Assembly: GCA_907165135.1 (NCBI GenBank)
Contig: OU015566.1
Span: 6,324,001 to 6,388,000 of the forward strand
Length of the DNA: 64,000 nt
Reading direction: 5' to 3'
Origin: Oikopleura dioica
Lineage: Eukaryota > Animalia > Chordata
The notes under the pieces: model-generated
Seen by the model: only the letters and a program-made list of their open reading frames with translations
Database searches by the model: none
Told to the model about the DNA's origin: nothing
Program-made: the position numbers and the translations under genes
Shown: one piece after another, positions 1-11,246 of the stretch
Numbering within the stretch: the stretch's first letter is position 1
Layout of the letters: every line of letters begins with the position of its first letter

Positions 1-2604
1 GATTAAACTTGGATCACCCTTGTCAAGATTAGAAATACTGATTCCCCTGGAGACTACAGACACGGCATTGTTAAAACAAGACTCTTTCATTCTGAGACTA
101 ATTAGTATTCAATCTCGAACTGAAAAGAGCTCCAGTAAAAAAGAACGGTCTAATTGCCCAAATCATAAATCTCGAATTTGTCCTTGAAGGTCGGTTTGAT
201 TTAGATATTGCAGCATTCCTGAGCTTGTACTCCGATGGCGAGGACGACAAAATCGACGACGAATTTGTTCCCATTGGCTAGTATAACCTGGGCAGCGTTG
301 GATTCTGTTTTCACGACGTCGCGCAGCTCAACCCCCGAATCTGAAATGGGCGTGAGATGATCCTCCCTTGAGCTGTTTGGCTCCAATTTATTCAGAACGG
401 AAAATAGATACATTTGAACCCGCAATGAAGGTTCAACAAGCAGCAGTTCAAATCCTCTGCTCCTGTCCTCGGCAACCTGTGTAGAAGACCTGAGTCAGGC
501 TTAAAAGATCTCCTATGAAAAGCGTCGTAATTTTCAATCGAGGTTGCCGAGCTCAAAATCCAGCCCCCATTAATCCCTTTTTTTGATAAAAGCCGCAGCA
601 AAATTGATGCTTTTTTGGAGCCTCGGGCACTTACTTGGTTTTTTAAATCGATTTATAAGCCCAAGATAGCTGAAACCTGCAGCTGTTACTTACGATAAGT
701 AATTTTCCTTTCCGATTCGTTCGATGTTCCAGCAAGCTTGAGGCCCTTGTGTTTGTACCAGGAGGGGCCGAGAGCGGCAGACTGGCAGACTTCTGCTCCG
801 ATGACGTTTGGAACCGTGTACTCTGATTGAGTTAACTAAAGTAAAAAAATGCGCGGAAAACAAGTTTTCTCAAAGGGAAATAAAATGACTCACAATCAAT
901 TTCCTCCCTTTTTCTGATAAACTTGAACCAAATAACAATTTTAACGCTCTCACCGTGATAAGAGCAATTTTTCGTTTCCACCTTTGGCTTTTTCTCGTCA
1001 TTTTTCTGCTCTGCCGATTCTAGCAAAAACTCCATGGCCACAGGATCGAGAAACTTTTGGCCAAAGCTTTTTTCTCTCGAGCACCAAACAATTTCCACAT
1101 GCTTGAGATTGTGCACCAGCTCAAGTGCTACAAAATGAAAGAAAGAGAGTCTTGCTTGAATAATTTTTCTTTCATTTCAAAATTTAAAATTCTCCTCCAG
1201 AGGATTAATTTATTAAAAAAATTAATGCGTACCTATACCCCCATCGCCAAAAATAGCAATTTTCTTGGAGTTCTTTTTTGCGGGTTCGGAAAAAGCTTTA
1301 ATACAGTCACATTATTCTGAGCCAATCAATAAGCGCCTTAGACCTGTATGTAACATTCCCCTGTCAGTACGCCTCCCATCCGAAAATGCTTCGGAAAAGG
1401 TGCTAGAAATGAAAGTTCTTAACCCAAAAGTGCCTGTAGCTTTCGCTCAAGAAGAAGTGCAGACTCTGTGTCACTGAAAGGTGTACCTGTTAGAAACAAG
1501 GTAAATAACTTCTTTCCACTGGCGCTGAAAATCAATGCCCGATCGATCAGAGGGCAACTCCTTCGCCCACGTCTCTTCTGACAAAAAAGACTGTATATAC
1601 AGTCCAGCAATAAATAAACATTTACCGTAAAGACAGAACAAGCTCTGGACTCGTCAGCGAAGGTACTTTTCGAGGAACGGCGCCGGTGCAGAGAACCAGT
1701 TTTCGGTAAAACAAGTCGTTTCCGCTCGCCAATCTGACGATTTTGTTCTCTTTGTTAATTGCAATAGCTCTTTCGCCGAAAACCTTTAATTCCGCCTCAT
1801 TGGATTTTTGACCAGTTTTGTTGTTTCGGTCGTTTGCTTTGGCAAAAGGCGCTTCTTGGACGAGACATTCCTCTAGGTCGTACTCTGGGAGAGAAAAAAG
1901 TTAGTATACACACACTTTGAATTTTTAATTATAAATAGAAAGCACTGAATATTTGAGCCTTCCACTTTCCTGTGAGAGGATGTAGCCTAGATCTACATGT
2001 AGGCTAGAAGTTGAACCTACCGACTAATCCAGAAGAAAGGATTTCGATGTTCTTGATGCGCTTGACGTAGTTGCCGCCAGTGACGAGAGCGATTCTTGCA
2101 TCACGGTCGGAGAGCTCCAACTTTTTTGACGTTTGAAACAATTAAGAGTATATTTTATTTATATTTGAAATTGAAAAAATCTAAATAAGGAATTTAAAAG
2201 CAAGGAACAAACCAAAAATTTGATCGGCCCTCTGAATTGATATTATCTTAGGTCGATGGTTAGATTGATAAAAAGATCATTATCGTGATTTTCTAAATTT
2301 AAGGAGAAGTTGATTGTCCGAAGCTGTCTACAAAATAAAATGCAACGAAAAGATTCAGAGTTCTCAATTGTTTTTGGATATTCAAAATGATTCAACAATA
2401 AACGAATTCGATGCCCCAGTGTCTACAAATAAAGATAAAACTGATTTTGTAAAATGAGCAAACATAATTTTCCAGTTTTTGTCCATATATATTTAAATAA
2501 ATGACTATTCTTTATTTTGCCATTTCTCACGATTCCTTGAGTTGATTGACGCATTCTACCGCAGCTATGCCGCCTCCAACAACCACAACATCAAATTTAT
2601 TCAT
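1..2604 (-). CDS. PYROXD1: Pyridine nucleotide-disulfide oxidoreductase domain-containing protein 1 (multi-exon; 3' end runs off the left edge)
   Basis: ATG at 2604 gives MNKFDVVVVGGGIAAVEC (FAD-binding GxGxx motif). Later exons give KHVEIVWCSREKSFGQKFLDPVAMEFL and DFVVLAIGV, resembling PYROXD1 segments recalled from memory. Confidence 0.78.
468..551. mobile_element. MITE family A copy (short) in a PYROXD1 intron
   Basis: CTCGGCAACCT at 468 and its inverse AGGTTGCCGAG ending at 551; contains CCTGAGTCAGG. Confidence 0.7.
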
Positions 2605-2890
2605 ACTGAAATTTTTTATCTTCAAATCAGCCGCAAAAATTTTCAGTAAAGTTTTGTTAGAACTACTAATTATTCTGCTCACTAAAAAATTAGTAGCGAG
2701 AGAGTCATTTTGAACTTTGAGAGAGAATGGGGGAATGCAGTTAACTCAGAGTAAACTTAATAAAATACTTTCTTGTTGAGGAATAAATTGCTACAGTAAG
2801 AAAAGGAAACAGAAACAGTAGCATGAAGGAAAGGATATCTACATACTAAGGGCGCAGTTGGACTTTGGCAGTGAAGCATCTTTAGGACTT

Positions 2891-5300
2891 TTATAATGGC
2901 TGTTCTCTTTTTTCTTCGCTTTCTTCCGCAATTTCTTCTTTCAGTTTTTCTTCAGTAGCGATGACGTTCCCGCCAGACGGTCCAGAGATAGCCTCTCCGT
3001 TTTCTTGATTTTCCGTGTCTTTCTTTCTCTCTGATTCGGGAATATCCTCGTACCCATTGAAGCCATCCTCTTCTTCTTCATTTTCCTCATCCGATTCTTC
3101 GCTTGAACTACTCTCATCTGAGAAAAGAAAAGTCAAACAAAAGCGCCTTCGGAAAAAATGAAAAACGTACATCCGTCCGGAAGCAGCTCGTGTCCATGAA
3201 AAACTGTCTGGTATCCACTTTCGAGCTGGCAGAAGACGCCCTTTGGTACTTCAACCCTTGGCCTTCGACTTTGATGACTTACGACGGGCTTAGCCTCGTC
3301 CTTATCATTTTCAGCGCTGTTTTCTTCGATTTTCTAAAGAGAATAAAGTGACGATCAACATATTTTTCCATTTTTGATAATTCAGATCGGCCGCAGACTT
3401 GGATCGGGTTCTGATTCGCCTAGACGAAGAATTCTCGTCTCTGATTAGCTGGTACGGCTCACACAACAGCAAACGGGTTCTCGCCAATCAGAGAGGTGAA
3501 TCCTTCGCCTGAGCGAATAAGAACCTTTCAAACCTCAATAACCCTTAGAAAACGCAGATTATGTAGAGGCCTCTATCCAGTAGATCCAACCCAGCTAGAA
3601 TTACCCGTCTCTTTTCAGGCGGAACACCTTCTTCAAATTCCTTGTTTTCTTCTTTATCCTCCTCTTTGCTTATCTTTTCCAACTCTTCTCTAGTAACTTC
3701 GCTGACCTCTGCAGCCCCGCCCGAGCCGCCGAAATCGCTCCAGCCAAGCTTATTGGCCAGCACGGCGACGATATCATCACAATTTCCAAGCAGCTCGCCG
3801 TCAAACTCGGAGGCGTAGCGCAGCGACTCGCGGTTAACTAAATTTCAATTCAAGAACTCGCCATTCTTTGACCACACTCACTCAGAATTGCGGGCACCGA
3901 GCTGTCCAGCGCGTCGGGAATTTCGTTCACTGGGCCTACTTTCAAACTCGAGCCCATGACGATTAATAGGTCAGCTTTGGAGAGAGGTTTCTACGGAGCT
4001 GAAAGTCCCTTACACCAACTAAAGTCGAATAAAAAGCTTTTCATCAAATTTTCAAAATTTAGAAACCCTCCTTTGTCCTTTTCGTCAACCATCGCTTTAT
4101 GAAAATGCTTAAAAACAAATAAAATCCTTTTCTTACTCTTCCTCAATTACCTTCGGAAGACTTTCGCCGAAGAAAACAATATCCGGTTTAATAACTGATC
4201 CGCATTCGTCTTCGTAAGTTTCGAAAGACTCTTCCTTCGTCAAAACCGTCGGGATTTCGGACTTCTCTTTTGGCCGTGGAATCAGGCGCTTTTTAGTTCG
4301 AAGTTTTTTGCAACGAGGAATTCGCTGCGCGAAGATTTCCTCTTTGATGTCCGAAGACTTGTACCTCGCCTTGCAGTTTGGATCGAGACAAGTGGCAGTG
4401 TGGAAGTGGCCGTGGCATTGGATCACGTTTTGGATCCCTGCTTCTTGTTCTGAAGCAATTTTAGGAGATGGAGAAAGAGGTGGAAGTACCTAGGCCGTCG
4501 ATGTTTTGAGTGAAATTTCTGAGAAGTTTGCCGCGTTTTTCGAGTTCGGCGATGAATTTGTGCGAAGGGGAGGGCTGGAAGCTGCCGGGGTAGATTTCCT
4601 TCGCAAAGCGAAAGAATGGGCGCTGATCGCCTTTGAAAAATTGCAAGCAGAACATCGACTGAAACGAGATTGCAGGAAAGGGCCACCACAAACGGGAAGT
4701 GTACCTGTGGATCTGGAAGCTCAGGAAAATCAACTGCTAATTTTGCGTAGAGACCATTTTTCGATCTAAAATCAGGAATGCCGCAGGAAACACTTATTCC
4801 CGCTCCCGTCAGGATCATGATATTTTTTGACTCTAGAATTCTTGTGAGAGGAAAAACGCGCCCTGAGCGTACTTTGGATAAGTTCGACGATTTCCTCCAG
4901 CGAGAGTTTTCGCTGCCGCTCTCGTTTTTCTTCGGCAAAAGCGGCTAGGAGGTGCTGAATGACACGCATTGGATTTTCATCGCGGGAGAAGTCGAGGCCG
5001 ATCATTCTCGCCAGCTGGTAAGGGTCACCGCCGTCCCTCAGCATTTGTACCAAAGCATGGAAGGCGCCTGAACAATTCGATGAACGCTGACTCATTTCTG
5101 TCTAATTTACCGCTTCGCTGGGGCTTCCAATCGCTTTCTGACGCATTGTCGTCATCATTTTCCGCCCGACTACTGCTCGGTTCTGCCCCTTCAAAAGGTG
5201 GTTCGCTTCCGCTTGGAAGGACCCTTTCGCTCCAATCTACTGTTTGTTTTTCGGTTTCCTCGATGTTTCGATTTACAGCTTCTGACGCTGCCTCGCTCAT
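2891..5300 (-). CDS. SIRT1: NAD-dependent deacetylase sirtuin-1 (multi-exon)
   Basis: Motifs [46 protein letters not shown] and [13 protein letters not shown]; acidic N- and C-terminal extensions; canonical short introns can be traced. Confidence 0.93.
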
Positions 5301-5366
5301 CTGAAAACTACTGCCGTTCAGCTACTGCTAGAGTGTGAACCATTTTTTTCTAAGTCGATAGGAGGG

Positions 5367-5452
5367 GGGCTGGGTTGGGTTAGGGTTTAGTTTAGGGTTA
5401 AGGGTTAGAGTAAGCCTGGGATGGGTAACTCAAAGGGGTTAGGGTTACGGGG
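5367..5452 (+). repeat. Degenerate interstitial TTAGGG-like G-rich tract
   Basis: GGGTTGGGTTAGGGTTTAGTTTAGGGTTAAGGGTTAG...GGGGTTAGGGTTACGGGG directly upstream of SIRT1. Confidence 0.7.
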
Positions 5453-5497
5453 TAGGTCCACAAAACTGACAAAAATGAAATTGAACTTTTTTATTAA

Positions 5498-6159
5498 CCT
5501 TACGACCACAAACGGGAATTTCACCCCCCGACCACAATGTGCCATATATGGCACATCGCCTTTACTGCCCTCTGGAGGCTATTTTACAAACCGAACCCGA
5601 GCCTTATCCCGAACCCAAACCGAAATCAGACATTGGAAGAAAATCTAAACTAAAATTCTTCCCCAAACCCGAACAAAATTTCTCAAAAAAATGCAAAATT
5701 TTGCCGGCGGAAGATATCCTACCGACCACAATGTGCCATATTTGACACATCGCCTCTACCGCCATCTTGAGATCGTTTTATTGGCTCAACCCGAACCTTC
5801 TAAGTCTAAATCAGATTCCAAACCCAAAATATGATGAAGACACGCATCCAAACCCAAACCACAACCCCGGAAGTCAATTGTTTCTCCGGCAGAAAAAAGT
5901 CCCCCCGACCACAATGTGCCATATATGGCACATTTTTAATGCATTTGTGTGCCATATATGGCACACGAGTAGCGAAGCTAAATTCGCTATTCTGATGCAT
6001 TTGTAGCGAAGCAGCGGTCATTTCGGGCATACCACGTGAAAGGTCGGCGAAAAGTAGGGCCTAAAAGGGGGGTCGGCGAAATTCTCACAGCACGTTAAAA
6101 ATGAGTTACGGGCCTTTGTTTGCCTTTGTGCCATATATGGCACACTTGTGGTCGTAAGG
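5498..6159. mobile_element. Non-autonomous piggyBac-like element (TTAA-flanked, 14-bp TIR)
   Basis: TTAA (5494-5497) then CCTTACGACCACAA; TTGTGGTCGTAAGG (6146-6159) then TTAA (6160-6163). Internal repeats about 190 bp apart start at 5528, 5722 and 5905. No transposase ORF. Confidence 0.82.
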
Positions 6160-7226
6160 TTAATTGATTTTGATTTTGTTGTTTTCTCATTTGTTTTGAA
6201 AGAATAAACCTTTTTTGCAATAAAAATAAATACTTGTTGAATCAGGAAAAAGTTGAAAATTGAACAGGAGGGAAAAACAATCTTTGGCACGTCGCGAGAA
6301 TCAAAGTTTGGGTTAATCAAAGTTGATGATTAAAAAAAAAACAATATGAATTAAAAACTGATAAAATTACAATTTTTTTTTGAAAATAGGTTTTGTGAAA
6401 AATGAAGGAAAATTTGGAATTCTTCACAGTTCGTTTTATGAATTTTTAAAACAGGTCACATGTATTTTTTTAGAGTCAGGGTCGAAAGAAGTTGGATTTG
6501 ATTAGGTATCGAACAGGGATTTTTGCTCAGTACTTTCGGACTTGATTAATTTGATTGGCGCCATCATTTTCTTATTGAGACTTCTGAAGTTCTTTTATCT
6601 TGAAACTGGCAAATGAAGTGAGATAAATTGTCGGTAAGACTTTGGCTATTATTCCTAAATTGTCGATTTTCTGAGACAAATTGCGTTTTGCGGCATTTCA
6701 TTCGCCACAGGTAGAGAAATATTGAATAATCTCTAAATGGACACTTTAGGAACAATACTCGACGCTTCATCAACAGTTTAGGACATATGCCAACGAAGTC
6801 AAGTATTCAGTGATTTTCTGATTTTGAACTTAAAAATTACAGCTAGGATTTTTTCGGGAAACATGTTTCGAAAAGTTAACTTTATTGAACAAAATAAAAA
6901 GTGACATTTGAAATTTTTGAAGACCTGCTCTGTGGAATAAAAAATAAGAGAAGTGTTGATTTTTCTAATTCTGTTTTCTTTGTTTCAAGAATCAAACAAT
7001 CGTTTAGGAAAAAAGCTGACCGGATCAGTCAGGGTCACAAAAGCAAGTCGATGATGACGCTAACGCTGGGTCAAGGCAGAATTTCGATAAATGTAAAGTT
7101 TTGTCTCTTTCTTTCTTTTTTTTCGCAGGTTAGAGCTGTTTTCTGTCGATGGATGATTCGTAAGCACGCGTAATGAAGCCACGCTGAAAGAAAATTTGCA
7201 ATTTTTTTGCTGAAGAGTGTGAGTCT

Positions 7227-9658
7227 TCAATCAGCGTCTCTGATCTTTAGAAAAGACAGGTTTAAAGGGTTTTGTGTACCTTTGCTAGCGAAGCGGGCAC
7301 ACCCCCTATATCAGCAGCGTTTTTAATATATTCCTTCTCGTCGAAGTAAGCAACGACTTGGTCGATCTGCGGCCGCTGCTGGTCGCCGTGGCCGAGAAGA
7401 TACTCTAAAAGCGTTTACTCTGAATCGATCATCCTCCAATTCAAACTCGCTCGTCTTTTTTACCTTTCATGTCCTGGACGATTTGCTCGTCGACTTTTTT
7501 GAACTGGGCGATTTCGGCCTCTTCTGCTTTCGGCGCGTTTTCCAGGCTCACCAGAATGACTGACATGTTATCTCGCGAATTCTGAACAGAAAAGGATTGA
7601 AACTTAATTTCTGCAGCCGCAACCCGAGCTTTGCAACATGAGTAGAAGCTTTAGTCAGTAAAATATCACTGCATTTTTTTTTAGCCTTTACGAAAGATTT
7701 GACAGGACCCTTACTCAGGTTTCTACACAGTTAGCAAAGCACAGGCCGTTATCATTACCTTTGCGAGACACAAGTCTAACAGGTCGTTTGTAACATCTCT
7801 CTGATCTCGTGCTTTCAACGGTTCGAAATTCATTTTCAATCAAGATCGTAAGAAAATTTTGAGGTTTTTGATTGGCAGTCGATTAATTACTGGTTTCTTA
7901 TTGGCCAAAAAAGGCCTTGCACACCACAATTCTTATTGCCCTTTTTCTGAACCGCTGGCTGAAGTATATCTCTTTGAGCAGAACTCCTCGATCTGTTCAT
8001 TTTCCAAAACATCGTAAATGCCATCGCATGCGACGACGATGTAGTTGTCGTTTGCTGCGTCTCGGTCAACCACTGTCACGTCTGGTTCCGGCGACACCAG
8101 CTGCTCGTTGTCTGCCAGCTCAGTTTTTGTCTTGTAGTCGAAGTCGCCTGAAAATAACGATGAGACGCCCTTAATTTCATTTTTTCATACCAAGCGCTCT
8201 GGAAACAGCGAGAGAACCGTTGATTCTTTGTATCATCACTCTTCCGCCCGCGTTTTCTATTCGCCTCTTTTCGTCTTCGTTCGTTGGCTTGTGGTCATGT
8301 GAGGCAAAGGCGACTTCTCTGTTGCGAATAAGTAGCGTTCGCGAATCGCCGATATTGAAGAAGAAAAAGTGCTTCGGCGTTATAAGCACGCCTGTTGCTG
8401 TACTAAAAGTCAGTTTTAATTCGATCAAATTCACAAATTCAATTCAGAAGAGCTTTTTTTCAGCGGGTTTCTTTGGGAGACAATCGCTTGGCTGATGAAT
8501 ATTATTCAGGATGATCGGGATCAATTCTCAATCGTTTATGAAGGGTATAAAATAATAAAGATGATTCATCTTAGATGAATTTCAATAAGAAATTCTTATT
8601 CTTATTGAGAATTTAGGGAGAAGGATAAGGAGAAGCTAAAGAATCGAATAAAGCTGTCTTCAGATCTACGTAGTGGAATAGCCGTTGTCCAGACTCAGGG
8701 GAACTTAATCAAGTTCTTTTAAACTTTCAAAGACGCGAAATTTCTGCTATAGCAGCATCTGCATATGCAGCATAGCCTATGCTTGAAAGCGCATGTGCTG
8801 TGTCATCTCAAGATCGAAGAGATCCAAGACAGAATGTCTTGTTGCGAAAGCACACAAAGAAAGTCTGTCCTGATGCTGATTAATTTGTTTACTATTCAGA
8901 ATTTACTATTCATTTTATCGAACCATCAGTGATGGCCCATCACTGATATCCGAGTCTGAATTTGACTGACTCATCAGAAAAAAAGACTAGTCGTCAAGTT
9001 TTCCCTTTTTTCAGTTCTCGATTCCAATTTCTATTTGTCCAAAACTCAAAAGCTCTTACCATCCGCTCCGGTCGCCTCTGTCTTTCGTCTTCTGCCTCAG
9101 AACCGTGTCCCAGTGTCGGAACGCCTCAGAAAGACCTTGCTTTACTTCTTCGATGTCATATTTGTCGCCGCTCATGTCGCAAAATGGTTTTCTAGTGATC
9201 AGTTCTTCCACAAAGCTCTTTGCTGTTTCCTCGGCGACGTACTTTCCGGCGTGCCCGTCGAACACTGCGAACATCGACACATCTTGCAGCTTTTCTGACA
9301 AACCGATCTATAAAAAGGGTAATAAGGATAACTATCGAGTCGATAGGCTATCCACAAAACTTGAGTCCTGAGAAGACTACGATGAAAAGCCGCTACGCGG
9401 CTTTTTTAAAACGAAGCCGCGAAGCGGCTTCGCCTAATCGCCATTATAGTCTATTTTCATGTTTTGTCGATTTTTATTCGAAAAATTCCACTACGCGGCA
9501 TTTGAATAAAGGCTGATTTATAGACTAACCGTGGTAATGTGTGCATCTTCCATGTCGACTCTCCAGCCCTGCATAGCGCCCATGCTCCAAGTGAGTCCAT
9601 TTTTCGATCCCTCTTCCGATTTGATGTAGGTCAACGGTTTCGGCAAGAACGCTCCCAT
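7227..9658 (-). CDS. PPM1A/PPM1B: Protein phosphatase 2C, PPM1A/PPM1B type (multi-exon; C-terminal end uncertain)
   Basis: MGAFLPKP...[68 protein letters not shown]. Confidence 0.9.
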
Positions 9659-10773
9659 ACTCGATCAAATTCTAGTGCCGAGATTATCGTCCCTTCCTTC
9701 TGCGCGTTTTGATTGTTTCTCGATTGAGCAAATTGTCACGAAGCCGCTTCTCAGTTTAATTTTCTGAAAAGGAGAAAAACCGTGAAGGTCAAATATCACA
9801 AGAGCAAATGTTTGAAGAATACGAAAAAATAGACAGAGGCCGAACTAGCTGGGTGGAGCCGGACAATTCAAAATTCAGCTTCAATTGAATTCGCTTTCAT
9901 TTCTTTTCAGCGAAATAATGAGCGAAAACGCCCGAAAACGGAGAATTCGAAAAGTGGAGAATTTGACACTAGCGCTCGTAAAAAAGCTGGCCCTCGATCT
10001 TGATATTTAAAGATATTAGCGCGCTGTGACGGCTTATTATGAGAAACTGTTTTCCCTACGGCTTATTACTAATAAACTGAAATACTGTAAAACTCGTTTT
10101 GAAATGCGGTGTTTTCAATTCTCAGTACCCGGGCTCGGCAAACTGAGTCGCGGTCTAAAAGAAGCAAAGCGGCTACGCTAGAATTCTAAAAAAGATTAAT
10201 TGATGATTTTTTGTTGAAATTGGCAAATTATCGAGCACTAATTTGGTCAAATAAAACGAGAATTTTCTGAAAATGGATTCAGTTGAAAAGTGTTTTCAAA
10301 AAGGATTCTTCACTGCTTTCATTTGAAATTATGCTGGTCTCTCTTATAAAAAAAACTTTAAAAAGTGGACTCATCGCGAGTGAGTAATAAATCTACCGCA
10401 CATTTTAAATAAAACGAATCTTCTCGTAAGTCATAATTTTTTATTTGCTTGACCATGCGCGCTTTTCCCTTTTTTACAACGAGCTCTTTTTACGCTCTCC
10501 TTTATTATTTACCTCCTTTTCAAATCGTGAGTCTGCTCAGAACTCTTTCTGCGGTGGTAATTTATATCCGAATATCTCTGCCTATATACCTCCTTTATGG
10601 GACCTAATTGAGTAGAACTAATATTCAATAAATTCATTTGCTTCTTTGAGAATCTAGAGAAGCGTCGTCGAGAATTCAAATCATCCCTGCAATCTTGAGA
10701 ATCTCTTCCATGATTTCAAAACTAAATTTCGGTGAAAAATGATTTTTTTAAGAATTGAGAATCTTTTCGACAT

Positions 10774-10937
10774 GGGTTCTGAAACCTGTATAAAAACCTG
10801 AGTCAGGGCTTGGCTACCTGCGTAGAGACCCTGAGTCAGGATTTGAATACAGATACATTTGAAGCCGCGAAGCGGCTTTTCCAGAAAACACGGCACTTTT
10901 AAATCCTGACTCAGGTTTTCTGCACAGGTTCACGAGC
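10774..10937. mobile_element. MITE family A copy with internal GAA-loop hairpin
   Basis: Left GGGTTCTGAAACCTGTATAAAAACCTGAGTCAGG; right CCTGACTCAGGTTTTCTGCACAGGTT; AAGCCGCGAAGCGGCTT at 10862-10878. Confidence 0.75.
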
Positions 10938-11246
10938 TATTGCAGACCATGACTTAGATTTCAACAAAGATTCTGAGCCCTATTTTCAGCTTTCTTTTGA
11001 ACATGGTATATTACTTTTTTGAATAATAAAAGAGAGAGAGGAGTGAATAAAACGAAAATTCTGGCTTCGTTAGCAGACACATAAAAGACAGATATTAAAA
11101 ATACTGGCAGGAAGAAGAAATTTTAAATTTCAGAAAAAGTTGAAAACAAAGTTGGACGAAGTTGAGTCGCGGCTTCGAATAAAGGAGGAGTGAAACAGGA
11201 TAAATTATCTATTAAAGTTTGCAGCTCTAGTTTTCTTCAATTGGCT

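Noticed and set aside
5528-5964. Regularly spaced palindromic repeats as a CRISPR-like array
   Set aside because: Spacers are about 160 bp and related to each other, the block lies inside TTAA-flanked TIRs, the context is eukaryotic and there are no cas genes.
5421-6320. ORFs of 68-100 aa over the piggyBac-like element
   Set aside because: They are translations of the repeats and palindromes (VPYMAH / MCHIWH) with no transposase motifs.
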